NCBI GenBank assembly: GCA_013265495.1
Contig: MU058000.1
Location: forward strand, 620,001-684,000
Length of the DNA: 64,000 bases
Source: Vicugna vicugna
Lineage: Eukaryota
Direction: 5' to 3'
Positions 16,540 to 29,556 of this stretch are shown here, in pieces. How positions within the stretch are numbered: the first letter of the stretch is position 1; every line of letters begins with the position of its first letter. The notes under the pieces are model-generated. The model was given only the letters and a program-made list of their open reading frames with translations. It searched no databases and was not told the DNA's origin. The position numbers were made by a program, and so were the translations under genes.

Positions 16540-17950
16540 ATATAAAAAGCAAAAATTAAAGAAAAACAAGAGAAATCAATCCACCATCATCTTGGGAGAT
16601 TTAAATATACCTCACTTAGTAATCAATGACAAAGCAAGCACACAAAAAGTATCAGTAAGGATACAGAATATCCCAAGCAAACGAGTGACAATCTAAATCT
16701 AACAGACATATATAAAAGACAGGACCAGTCAACTGCAGAAACATTCTTTTCAAATACACAGGAAGCATATGCAAAAACTGACCATATAAAGCAAGTCTCA
16801 ATCAATTTCAAAGGATGCACACATCACACAGATCATATTCTCTACAAATAAAACAGAACAGAAAGTAATCAAATAGGAAAAACCACACTAGAGAGAATAA
16901 ACAAATTTGATTCCTTGAGAACACTATACTCAATACAACTCTGGTAAGAGTGAGCAAGGAAAAACAACAAGAAAGTGCAAACAATAGTATTAGGAAAAAG
17001 AAAATAAAAAAGAAATTACTACAAATGATTCTGACATTAAAGATACTGTTATCTTTAACTTTATGCTAATCAATTAATAAATTTGGTTAAATATATAGTC
17101 CTAGAAAGATGTACCTTACCCACTGACTATCTGAGTAAGAACATTATTAGCAGATATTTTTAGCAGCAAATTTTAATGAATATTCACAGGAGACTTAAGC
17201 ATAGTATTTGGGGAAAAAAAGAAGTCCAAGGTAGAGGGAACACTCTCCAAAATTCATATTACAAGGCTACCATAAATCTTAAAACCTAGTAAGAAGAGTG
17301 TGAGAACAGAAAATCACAAACAGTATCATTTATGAATATACATGCAAAAGTCCTAAACAAAGGGAATTCAGTAATTCATAAAAAGGGTAAACACTAATGA
17401 TTAAGGTATGCTATCCCAGGAACACAAAATTTGTTTATAAACAGAAAACCAATTAATGCAATTCATCATAAATAAAAAATTAAGGAAATCATGATTATCT
17501 AATAGTTGCAGGAAAAGTGTTTTATAAAATTTAGCATTCATTTATAGTTTAAAAAAAGCAAAGCTCTTAGTTAATTTGAATAGAAGGGAATTTCCTTAAC
17601 CTGAAAAAAAGTATCCATAAAAAGCCTACAAGTAAATATTATACTGAACAGTCAACTACAGAAAGGATTCCTTTTAAGATTAAGAACAAGATAAAAGTGC
17701 CTGCTATCACCATTTCTAGCAAATAATGTTTTGGAGGACTTAAGCCAACAATTTTAGAAACACTGCCATTTTTCATGTCTGATTTGACAGCCAACAGAGA
17801 AAACATGAAAGAATCAAAGAGGCTAAACCTCACTAGTAATCAAAGAAATGCAAATTTAAAAAACCCAACTTACAGAAAAAAATATACTTATTCAATTTAT
17901 GTTATACATGTGCATGCAAAACTATATATGCTCTTTAGGAACATCAATAG
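16540..17950 (+). mobile_element. Highly decayed L1 ORF2 fragment
   Basis: ggagatttaaatatacct, acattcttttcaaatacaca and aagggaatttccttaacctga resemble L1 ORF2; limits approximate. Confidence 0.65.
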
Positions 17951-18854
17951 ATATGGTGAAATATAAAGGCAAGTTAATGACAAGCATAAAATTCATAAGC
18001 ATGGTTACTGATGGCAGAAGGAAGAGGACAGGGATTAGAGAGGCACCCAGAGGAATTTAATTAAGCAATGGGATTTTTTAACTAGATGTGGACATCAGGG
18101 TGTTTATATTTTAAAATATTTTTATTCATTTGTATCTAGTCAATATTTAATTGAAAATAGTATTTTTAAAAACATTACTTAGATAATTCACTTTGTACTA
18201 AGATAAATAAAATTACATCTTAAGGCTGTAGAAGGCAATTAACAATAAAAACTGTGATCATCTTGAGCACATGTAACTAAGTTGGAACACTGAGGAAAAC
18301 AAAAGTATATCTGTATGTTTCTAAAATATAACTGAAGATGAGTAAGAATGGATGGTTTGCTAAACTGAAGATAGATACTATGAGTAGATAAGGATATCTA
18401 GGCATAGTATGGAATACGGAACAAAAGTAAATTTCAAATAAAACTGTCACAACTTTTTTCTTGTCTCCTCTCTTTCCAAATGTCACTTACCTTTTTAATT
18501 ATTGATGCAAAAGAGTAACCACATTGATCTGTTCTACCAATGTCTTACATCTAAGCCAATGCATAAACCAAATTAGAATTACTTATACTGTTTCCATCAC
18601 CTTTATAAACCCAGCTTAATTTGGTATACATTCATTTTTTATTACCAGCTATCTAAAATAATATTTTATGAAAATAAAAACAACCAAATCAATCTAAAAA
18701 TCTTATCAGAAATCCAACTTTACATTTAAAACTCTGTTGTATGGTACCCTAACAGCCTCTGAAAAATTAGGATATGAATTCATCAGTTTGGCACCAAGTC
18801 AAAGAAGAAATGACTGAGTAGCTTCTCATTTCACGTCTTCAACTAGAAACTTAC

Positions 18855-19175
18855 CTCTTCTACCTGCCCATCTTCAGCTCCATCTTTCTCTTTGTCTTCT
18901 TCCTCATCATCATCATAGTCTTCTTCTTCATCTTCATCTTCTTCTGATGATGTATCCCCAGTTCCATCAACTTGCAACACCAACGGAGCCTGCTGTTGAG
19001 CAGGCTGGGCCTGTGGCTGCTGCTGGCCAGCTGCAGTTATCTGCGCTTGTGCTGGTGTGGGAGCTGCCACTGTTGTAGGTATTACTTGAGTCTTATTTCC
19101 TGCAAATAAGATTTGCTGGGGCTGGATGATGACGCCTGTCTGTGGTGAAATTCCTCCAGGAAGAGGGGCCAGTAC
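18855..19175 (-). CDS. GTF2A1: GTF2A1 exon 7 (VLAPLPGG...LQVDGTGDTSSEEDED...GQVEE)
   Basis: 321 nt; acceptor CTTAG, donor GTAAGT; includes the QVDG cleavage motif and the acidic tract. Confidence 0.97.
18963..18974 (-). other. GTF2A1: Taspase1 cleavage motif QVD/G separating TFIIA alpha and beta
   Basis: Codons CAA GTT GAT GGA; established TFIIA processing site. Confidence 0.93.
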
Positions 19176-19729
19176 CTAAGGCAAAAGAAAAATCACATGT
19201 TAGAAACTAGTTAGAGGATCAAGTAGTTTCGTTACTCGGTGCACAGAAATAGGGACAAAAGTTGAAGAGTCACCAAAAATGACCTTATACATAGTTAAAA
19301 CTACCAAAGCACAAAAGGAGTGTTTATTGAGTGTGCTGATCCACTAAATTTTCATTTTGCATTAAAATCTCTAAAGGAAAAAAGATTTTCTGATAATAAC
19401 TGCTTCATTTATCAAGGACTCGTTATATATCAAGTACGATGCCAGATTCCAGACCAATAGTTACACACATTATTAGTTTATTTGCTCAAGGTATGGAGGT
19501 TTAGTAACTTGCAAAGTTTGCAGTCAAGTCACTAAGAGCCAAAATTTGAACCTAGGCTTTCTGGTTCTGCTCTTATTACTATGCTGCACTGCCTCTCTAC
19601 AAAGAACATGGCACTAAAAATCTGAAGTCCTGGGTTTTAGTTTTGTCTAAGATCACAGATAAAGATATAGCAGATACAAGTGGTATAACCTCTCATGACT
19701 TTAGCAAAACTTCACTGTTAGACTAGAAT

Positions 19730-19895
19730 CAATGGTGTTCAAGTCTGGCTACAAATTATAATTACCCAATAGTTTAAAATACCAATACCTAAATCCCACT
19801 CCTAATATTCTGATTTAATTAGCGTAAGACAAACTCTATTTTATTTAAAGCTCCCCAGATGATTCTAACCACGCAATCACAGCTGAGAACCACCA
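19730..19895. mobile_element. MER5-like hAT-Charlie DNA transposon relic
   Basis: aatggtgttcaagtctggct...ctccccagatgattctaa...tgagaaccacc. Confidence 0.55.
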
Positions 19896-21478
19896 GATCA
19901 GATGATTTCTAAAGTTCCTTCTAGCTTCTGCATTCTAAGATCTTAAAGTAAATCACAACTCAAAAAAAAAAAATTAACAAATAGTAATTATATGTTATAA
20001 TGAACATATTTATAATCATAGGTACTAATAAATAAAAAGCAGATAATGCCTAGTGATAAATAAAAAGCACTGAACCGCCATTACTTGCCATTAGGATCAA
20101 GGAATGTATAAATAATAACAGTATTTCCTTTAAGTTTACAAATTAATGGTGTAATAGACAAAGCTGTAACAACTCAAAGAGATAGAAGATGTAACAGAGG
20201 TATGATAAAGCACTATGAGAACACAGGAGAGGGTACTAAATTCAACTTGGGGGACAAAGCATGATCAGAAGACTTCCAAGTAGGTAATACTTCAGCTTCT
20301 ATTTGTATTTTGGAGATCAGCCAGGCTTTTGCGCTTTGTTTTGTTTGGGGAGTAGAGGAAGTTGCTAGAAGGAAGGCCAAAGGAGACATTCTAAACAGCA
20401 TCAAGTGAAAACAGCATCAAGTGAGATTCAGAAGAACCAGCAGGACAAAATTTGGAAAGCTATAGTAGGCTGGATTAATGCTCCTCACCTGATCTTACCT
20501 CTGTCACTGTACTGCACTGACATTATGTTGTTTATATGTTTGTTTCTTTTTTAAAGTACCCAAGTTCCTCAAGAAAATAACTGTTTCTCTTTCACCTTTG
20601 TCCTTAGAGTACAATTTAATGCTTGGCACACAAGTAGGTACAGTATTTGCTAACTGATCTAAACAGCAGCTGAAGCAGGTAACAACGGGAACATGGCAGG
20701 AAGTAAACCTGAAGACATCAAAAAAGGTCCAAAATAAAAAAAGATCTTATAACCCATGATGAGAAGTTTAGACTGTTTCCAATAGGCAATAAAAGATTTT
20801 AATATTTTTAAAACAATGACTATAGAGTGGCAGTCAGCTTAGGAGAGTACAAGACTGGAGGCAGGGAAATTAAGAGGATAATTATTTTGAGTGAGAAATT
20901 ATGAGAGTGTGAACTAAGGAAACAAGAGAGTCTGGAAAAAGAAAACTAGCTTCAAACATATTAAGGGACTGCAAACATGTTAAAACTGCGCCTGAAAAAA
21001 ACGAACTATTAGGAAGAATTGGTAGGACTTCATGATACCCTGGAGTAAGGAAAAGGGTGGTTCCACACACCTCTTTTCCAGAAAATACATAAGCATCATG
21101 GAACTAAATTCATGCCTGCCTTTTTCACTCTGAAATCTCCAGACTCTGGCAAAGACCCTAATATGTAGCCACACAATAAAACGTTTGCTGAATGAATGCT
21201 AAATAACTAGTTTAGGAAACTGGATGGAGAATGGTGCCACTTTTAGAAAAAGGGGATGATGTTGGATGAGTAGGAATAACAATTTGTTCTTAAACGCACT
21301 GAATGTACATTAAGCTATGAGGTGTACAGGAGTAATTTAGAATAGGTGTGTAGTATTGGATAAGTGTCTAAGAATTTATACAGATAAGCCATGGGAAAAG
21401 GGAACGGAAGCACCCAGATAATTCATACGGAAGAAGAAAGAAGAACCCCATGGTGGTCAGAGTTTAAGATCCTTTTAC

Positions 21479-21612
21479 CTGTTGTATGACAGGAGCTTGT
21501 ACTCCACCAGGCTGCATCTGTGGTATAACCTGTTGTTGCAGAACCACTGACTGCTGAGGCTGGAATATATACTGGGCACCATTGGCTGCTCTGACTACTT
21601 GAAGCAGCTGGC
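21479..21612 (-). CDS. GTF2A1: GTF2A1 exon 6 (GQLLQVVRAANGAQYIFQPQQ...APVIQQ)
   Basis: 134 nt; acceptor TTTAG, donor GTAAAA; contained in ORF 21464..21754. Confidence 0.97.
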
Positions 21613-22748
21613 CTAAAGCAAAAAGCAAAAAGATATTCCAAGTTATCATTTTAGCAGTGATCATCTCAAAATAAATAAATTCATAGTAAAATGTCAAACC
21701 ACCAAAAAACCCTAGAAATCTTAGAAGACTAACAATCTCATTAAGGTTTGTCATCCATACACAGTAAACTGTAATTCTTAACTTCTCTAACTTCCCTCCA
21801 TGTTCGAATACATTACTTAAAATGTTTTATTTATCTTATTTATCATCCTTACAAAGCTGTTTTCCAATAGTTTCAGCAGATTCTGAGAATCAATCAAAAG
21901 CTTAAATTATCTTTGGTAACATGTCTGGAGTCATGAGAAAGCACTAAGATGAAATATTTCAGGGGCTATTGGTTTTTAAAGCTGTAAAGAAACAGAAGTA
22001 TAATAATGCATTAATATCTTGAACAAAAGTACAATAGCTTCAAAACTGCTTAAAAACAATAGAAGTTTGCTGAATCAATTATCATTGTGACATAACACTA
22101 ACTATAATGACTGGCTTATACACACACAACTGAATTCCTCTCATGTTGTTTTGGATGACCCAGAATCCTGAATTAATTAGAAGTGAAGAATTATATCTTA
22201 TTGAAATACGTAGCAAGGTAAGTCCCTAGCTTGTTCTTCACAAATTTAGAAATTAACAAAGTAACAAAAAATTATATACTTAAATTTACATTAAGGATAT
22301 TTTAAATCCACATAAAAAATTCTTCTAACATTAATATGCCAAAAATCAAAAGTAAATTTTTGCCAGTCATTTGCTCTTAAGATACTACAGTATTTAGTTT
22401 GATATAACGAGTTAGTTCAAATGAGTCATGTTTAACTTCTTTGGTGGGTTAACATGTTAAGCAAAAACCTAAGTAAATAAGCTCTTCTATATAATCATAC
22501 TTCATTCAATAATAGGATTCTCATTTACAGATCAAAAGCTCAAGTGCAATTCTCATCTTTACTGCAACCTCAGCAATGATTATGGTTTAATGTGCCGTAG
22601 TCCTCAAATAATCTTATTTTAAAAACCTAAGACAAGTGGTAAAAGAAATATTGAAATATTAAGATTTTCTGTCTTTTGATGAAGATAAAACAAAGGCTAG
22701 ATGATACAATTTTCTGATATCAATAATGGTTCAGTTATTTCTAATCAC

Positions 22749-22824
22749 CTGAATTTGTTAATATCTGTTGAACAGGAGTCACACCAGCAGGGAGTGCCAA
22801 GGTAGCAGCTGTGGCAGCAGCACT
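22749..22824 (-). CDS. GTF2A1: GTF2A1 exon 5 (SAAATAATLALPAGVTPVQQILTNS)
   Basis: 76 nt; poly-T tract plus TTTCAG acceptor, donor GTGATT. Confidence 0.96.
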
Positions 22825-25138
22825 CTGAAAAAATGAAAAAAAAAAAAAAATCAAACTCATGTATATGTGTAACAGAACCTCATTTATTTCTGGCATATTT
22901 TAACAGTATTTGGAGTTTATCATTTAGTTTACACTAAAACGAAAAGTCTTAACAATAAGACTAAATCCCGTTTTATGAAATGGTACAATAAAGACCACCT
23001 AGCCTAAACATCTTACCTAATTATTTCAAGCAATTAAGTAGAATAAAAAAACTGAGAGGATTTTTCTCCCCTAGAGAATGTACTCTAAGGAAATCTCACC
23101 CACAATAACAATGCTGTACAATATATGAAATACCCATTCCATTATGTCATCTCTTATTGTTTCCTTACTCTGAATTCCTTGTTGTCAATTAATATACTTG
23201 TGGCAAAGTATAAGCATCTTCATTTTAGTAACCTTAATATTTTTAATTATAGTATAATCAACAGGTCTCTAAAGAAAACCCTGTATCAGAAGACTGCACT
23301 TAAAGTATAACTGGCAATTCTTCTAAGATGCCATAAGTTGACAATACTGGCATGATCTCTAGGTAAAACATATTAATACTCATTTTATTAGTACAAAAAA
23401 TACCTTTAAATTTTCCTGTATTTCTTAAGATTTTATTTCTACATTTTAAAGTGGAGTTAATACCAGTATCTGACACTTAAATTATAAAAATATACATGGA
23501 ATTATACTCTGGATTTCTTTAAACTCAGGATAAATTCTTGATTTACTGCTTCTGAAGACTTCTTTCCTTTCCTCCAAAAGAATTACACTACAATTTTACA
23601 AGCATTTCTTATCCTGAACCCCAAGTATTTCCATGTATCTCACTACTAACTATATGTAGGTAGTTTTTTCCCCTATCCCCCTTAAATCTTTTTTAAGATA
23701 CCAAGCCTTCATATATTCAATCCAACCTATACATTTTTATAAACACCTCTATTCGAATAAACTTTGAGAAACAAATATAATGTGTTTTGCAGATGGTAAT
23801 GCCAGAGAAGTCAACAAAACTTAAAGTCAAATGGGTTAATGATACAACAACTACCAAGGTATAGCTTTCCAAGAAAATATAGCTGTTGTTGCCATTTGAC
23901 AGGCCTGAGTAATCTCCAAATCTTAAGCCTGAAATTCCCACTATGTCCTCAGAATCTAGCTATAGCCCACGAGGTTCTCTTTATAAATGCAAGTTCTGCA
24001 TTTTGTTTGTTTAAAAAAAAAATGAAAGATCTACATAAATCTTGTCCATAGAGGCAAATGAAAGGTAATCTAAGTTTAAGGAACATATTAACAACCACTT
24101 ACTATTTAGGAATACTGAGTGCCTATAATTCATATTTTATAAGATTAAAAGATTTCCCTCTACTGGCAAACTGACACGGCAGTTTCTATATATAGCACAC
24201 ATGACACAATAACCACCTACATAATTCTGCACATTCAAGATGCCATAAATATTTGTTGAGAGATGCATCATACACAAACCATCTTTTATTAATGTCTGCT
24301 GGAAATGAATAGCCCCAACATGGATAATGCATTAGAGCAATAATTTCATAGAGAACCTGCAAAACTAGTTTGATGTAAGGTCCTATTTCGTAAGTTCCCT
24401 GAACCTTCTACCAATTATATTATCACTATCCCATATTCATATGCAATCACATCATTTTTCAGTATGTTCATTCCCGAAGTACACAAAGCTATTAAAAAAA
24501 GCTGTTTTTAAACAAGTATCTTTGAATAAGGAATAATAATGCAAACAAACAAAAATCAAAAAAAACCTTTTATTTGTAAAGAGACTTACACTGTTTCAGA
24601 ACATTGAAAAGACATGGAGACAACATTGACTGAATACAAGTAAAATGTAGAAGTACACGTAAACGCTCATACATTTTACTCACTGAGGTCTGATCTATGA
24701 TCTATTTAAATACACATGCTCTTTAGAATCAAGGAGATGTAACAAATCAGTAAGAGACAGGCCATAAGCTTAGCTCCAATCTCTTTAAACATAATTTTAA
24801 TTCAAAATTGTCTCCCACAACACTGAAAATTCTTCAAAACCCATCAAAAGATGGGTCTACTCTTAAGTGATTCTATCAAACTTCCTGTTTTAAAAACGAC
24901 ACAAGTTATTCCCTAGGAAACAATTTCAATAGTATCAGCTGCAATATGGATTCTACCGTAGACTTATTTTTAAGGGTGGACAGTAAAAAGAAACCTGGGG
25001 CCTGAGAACTGAAATGAATTTTTTTCTGAATAATAAAAATTCTTGTGAGAAATGACAGGCATGGAAATTTGTCATTTTCATGCAGAAGAACTGATTCTAG
25101 CAACCTGAACTGGAAGTACAAATAGAAATCCTTGATTT

Positions 25139-25797
25139 TCTTTTTAACTGAAGGATAGTAGATTTACTTTGTTGTGTTAGTTTCTGGGGTACAGCATAGA
25201 GATTTAGACAGATAGACAGACAAACAGACAGACACACACACACACAGACACACACACACATTCTTTCTCATTATAGGTTATTACAAGATATTGAATGTAG
25301 TTCCCTGTGCTATACATTAGGATCTTGTTGTTTATCTACTTTATATATAGTAGCTCATATCTGCTAATCCCAAATTCCTAATTTATCCCTTCCACCTCTC
25401 CTCTTCGGTAACCATAAGTTTGTTTTCTATGAGTCTCTTTCTGTTTTGTAAATAGTTAATCTGTATCACTTTTTTAAGATTCCACATATAAGTGATATCA
25501 TATGATATTTGTCTTTTCCTACCTGACTTATTTCACTAAGTATGATAATCTCTGGGTCCACCCATATTGCTGCAAATGGCATTATTTCATTCTTTTTTTA
25601 TGGCTGAGTAGTATTCCTGTGTGTGTGTGTGTGTGTGTGTACACACCACAACTTCTTTATCCAATCATCTGTCAATGGACATTTAGGTTGCTTCCATGTC
25701 TTGGCTACTGCAAATAGTGCTACTATGAACAATGGGGTGCATGTATTTTTTCAAATTAGTTTTCTCCAGATACATGCCTAGAAATGGGATTGCTAGA
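25139..25797 (-). mobile_element. L1 3' end with TSD and internal CA and TG microsatellites
   Basis: TSD agaaatccttgattt (25124-25138) / agagatccttgattt (25798-25812); L1 3' UTR motifs; (CA)n about 25233-25260, (TG)n about 25618-25640. Confidence 0.85.
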
Positions 25798-26499
25798 AGA
25801 GATCCTTGATTTCTTATAAATCAAAAAATTTCAATTTCTACTTTTATATAGAAAAGTACAATTCTGTGACATTATAGATTTGTAAGGCTGGTATAAAAGA
25901 AGTCATTTGTCTAGTAGGTGAGCCCTGCTTCCTGTATGGCTTATAAATTACAAATGAGCTTTCAGATTCACAAAATCTAACTTTAAAAAAAAAAGTGGGT
26001 TTCTTTGTTAAAAAAATCTGGATGTATAAAACTCAACTGATTAAAATGCATTTTAAAGTGGCACTTTACATATTATAAGAAACAGTTATCTTGAACTTTC
26101 CAAACAGTTCATTTTCATCTTTAAAAAGTTTATAATTCTTAGCATTCCTAAACTCTTGCTGTTAATGGGTCTTCTGAAACAATTATATTTAGCATAATAT
26201 CTTTGGTAGGTCCCCTAAACCTATTTTCCTCAAAAAAAGAAGATAAAATAACTCCCAAAGCACCATCCTTTTGGTATTTTCAATAGAAGTTTGCATAATT
26301 TTATGAACTGAAATGTCTAAATATTAAGCTAAACTTAAGATTTGCTGCTAAATCCAATATTTAGGAAACCAAATAAAACAGCTATTTTGCTCAAGTCTCA
26401 TATAAACTTCAAGTTGTTAATATACAACATACATAAGCATAATCACAATCTGGGTTACAATAAACAGAACCAAGCAAAGCACTATTTTCTGAATCTTAC

Positions 26500-26564
26500 C
26501 ATGTTTGATGCATTCATATGTTGTATCAGCTTAGAATCAGGAACAATAACTTGTGGTGCTGCAG
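26500..26564 (-). CDS. GTF2A1: GTF2A1 exon 4 (AAAPQVIVPDSKLIQHMNASNM)
   Basis: 65 nt read manually; acceptor TTATAG, donor GTAAGA; frame continuous. Confidence 0.96.
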
Positions 26565-27131
26565 CTATAAAAAACCAAACAAGCATACATAAAAGCAAGG
26601 AACCATGAGGCTATTTCTTAGAATGCTATATGATGTTGAAAATTTTTTTCACGCTTTCCACACTTTCTTCATGCAAATGCACTCAACCATTTGATACTTC
26701 ACAATGTTATAAATTTCTAAGGTAAGTAAGTGCTGTGATATACCCACCTTATACAGGAAAACCACAATTAAAAAAATAGATTTGAGTAGTAATACCTAAG
26801 GACACGAGAGAATGTGGGAACACAAAGTAATGAGATACCTAACACCTAAACATACATTTCTGTGAATTCTTAAACTAGAAATTTTCAAACATAATTTAAA
26901 ATTGTCTTGCCAACTAAACATTAACTGTTTTACTGATTTAATGATAATATTGTTGGAATGAGTTATTAACTCATGAAGAGCTCAAAAAGTTATAATCTAC
27001 ACAGGTTTTTTTTAATATACCTAGCCCCGTTCTTCCAATTTAACAGTTGCCAGAATTTAAAGTTACTTCCATTAACTTTTTAAAAAATAAAAATCAGAAA
27101 TAATGGCAATGTTACTCAAGTGTAAAAGGAA

Positions 27132-27275
27132 CTGTGTTTGATTCCGCAAATTTCAGAGAATAAACAGATAATCCCATTATCCTAACATTCTCTGAGTGAA
27201 GAAAATCAAATTCTAATTTATGATGACCTAAAATCCTAGTGCCAGGCCTTAAGGCAATAGGAAGAACAGCCATCA
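27132..27275 (-). ncRNA. SNORA79: Intronic box H/ACA snoRNA SNORA79 in GTF2A1 intron 3
   Basis: Minus strand reads TGATGGCTGTTC...GGTCATCA (closing stem), H box AAATTA, second hairpin, then TTTGCGGAATCAAACACAG with ACA 3 nt from the end; 144 nt; resembles human SNORA79 as recalled, whose host gene is GTF2A1. Confidence 0.88.
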
Positions 27276-28282
27276 AAACAGATAAAAAGGATAAAATTAT
27301 TAGATACAAGATGTAGAATAAAATCAAATACTAAAAGTTTTATTTGACATAAAAGTAAAATAACCCAAAGAGACATTTCTACTATGCATCACTATCAATT
27401 TTAAGTCTTACATATACTCTCAGGTGAAGCAAATGGGTACATAAACAGTTACCTTAAAATAAGCTTTCATTTACTTTCATTTTCCTCTGATAACAAAATG
27501 TACAAAACTCTAATGTCCAGGAAGTTTTGTAACTGAAAAGATGTTTGTTATGACAGAAAATACTGCATGCAAAGGATCAAGCCTTTTCAGGACCCAGATT
27601 TTCCTCAGCTGTGATGTTTTAAGTGCTACTTCACAGAGCCTCTTATTAGGCTTCAGTGAAAGAAAACCTATAAAATGACTTGCACAGTACAAAATACTAT
27701 GGACACAGTCTATAAATACTTGTTTTTTCCTTATCTTTGAAGCACACAATATAAATTAAGATGTTATAGATCCACTCTTCCCTTAAACAAAATCTAAAAG
27801 TCAATTTAGACTTAACATAAACTACTAGGGAATTAAAATTTCAAATTGCCCAAACATGGTTACAAAAATTCTCCGATGTTTAAGATATATTTATAAAAGC
27901 TAAATTCAAACATAATCTTTGAAGGGATAAATCACATCCATAAAGAAAGTAGATAATGACTCTACCATTTAAAATAATGACATCTTTAGTAAATAAATCT
28001 TTACAGATATAACCTGTTTTAGGAAATCCACCATTAGGTAGCTGTCTCAAAAGAAAGTGTTAATATACTTAACTGAGTATCATTTTAGGCTTTCTCTTAG
28101 TGAATTATTTATCATTACTACACAAACAGAATCCTCATTTTATACAAATTTACACATAAATACACACATATACACCACTCACCCCCTCCTCAACCAATAG
28201 AAAGGAGAAATTCATTTTCTCTTCTTTGAGAAGGACAACTTTCATGTCCAAGTTCTAAGCAGGACAACACACGCAGTCTCAC

Positions 28283-28484
28283 CTTGCTGTGACGCGGGAA
28301 TGAGGACCTGCTGGGCCTGCGCCTGCGGGGGCACCGTCTGCTGCGGCTGAGCCTGCTGGTGCTGGTGGTGGTGGTGCTGCTGCTGCTGAGGCTGATGCTG
28401 CTGCTGGACTTGCAATAAAAGCTGCTGCTCTTCTGAGTGAAATCCATCCACTGCCCTAGACTGCATGAGTTTATTCTCCCATAA
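28283..28484 (-). CDS. GTF2A1: GTF2A1 exon 3 (LWENKLMQSRAVDG...HHHHQH...IPASQQ)
   Basis: 202 nt; acceptor CCTTAG, donor GTGAGA; Gln/His-rich; phase fits exon 4. Confidence 0.97.
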
Positions 28485-29486
28485 CTAAGGCAAAGAACAT
28501 TAAAGATTTCTAAGTGAAGGTCAGGGAAGATAATGCTGGACATAAGGACAAAACATACTTTATTAGTCTGTTTATAAAATTCTTCCATTCTCAAAATACA
28601 ACCAAAAATCTACCAATCTCTCTTATCCAACTGTATGCATAATGAACACTAAGTTTTAAAGTATCAAACCTCATTTTTGCTACCTGAGAGTATTGAATAA
28701 TTTTTTTGTTTTTATTTTTAATATCTTCAACAAACTTTCTATGGTATTCCTTGGTTACGAGGCAGAATTTCATATAAGCATTTTTTTCAGTAATCAAAAG
28801 TCATCATATCAAATCCATTATTAACTATTTTCATGGAAATCTTTAATATAGTATTTTCTAACTTTTAAATAACATATATAAAACAAGTTCATCTTTTCTT
28901 GATTTGCACAATGAAAAATATGTATAGAGGCAATCCTCAAGTTAGAATAACCCAACTTTGTCTAATGCTTTTCGAGGTATTCTCAACCCTTCATACTTTT
29001 TGAAATTCCCCTCCCCCTCCTATTATGAAAAGGATTGACAATCCCTTTTCTGTTCAACCACTTCTATTTTCTCATCTCACCCTAGGACAGCTTCTGTGAT
29101 GAAGAGGAAAAAAAAGTCAAAAGTTGGCAAAAGAAAGAAGGAAAAGATAATATTTACAACTATTCCATCTTTCTCCCTAACACATTTCCTCTCTACCAGG
29201 TTTAGTGTTCAATCTACAGAAAATTGCCCAAAGTGTTCCTTAAACATTCAAATCCTTGTAAATATGCTTGTAAAACATTTATCAGAGTCTAGTATAAAGT
29301 CAGTTATCAGTAAGTGCTAGTTACTATAATTATGATGGTGGTGATACTGTGTAATAGAGCATTATACCAGAAATCAGGAACCCAGTTAGCCCTGGTTTGG
29401 CCTTTAATCAGCTTTATGGACAAGTCATTTATCTTTCTTGGGCATTTTCCTCATCTCAAAAGGGAATAAATTGAATTAGATTACTT

Positions 29487-29556
29487 TCATTTTTATTTTT
29501 TAATGGAGGTACTGGGGATTGGAGGTACTCTATCACTGAACTATTTCCCTCCCCCC
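29487..29556 (-). mobile_element. Internally deleted Vic-1-like SINE
   Basis: TSD tagattactt at 29477-29486 and 29557-29566; head and tail match the SINEs at 55.2 and 56.2 kb. Confidence 0.8.

Noticed and set aside
20393..20425. Tandem aaacagcatcaagtga duplication
   Set aside because: Two-copy local slippage in an old repeat; no array or spacer structure, not CRISPR-like
28190..28594. 134-aa Ser/Arg-rich ORF overlapping exon 3
   Set aside because: Alternative frame of CAG/CAC repeats running into introns
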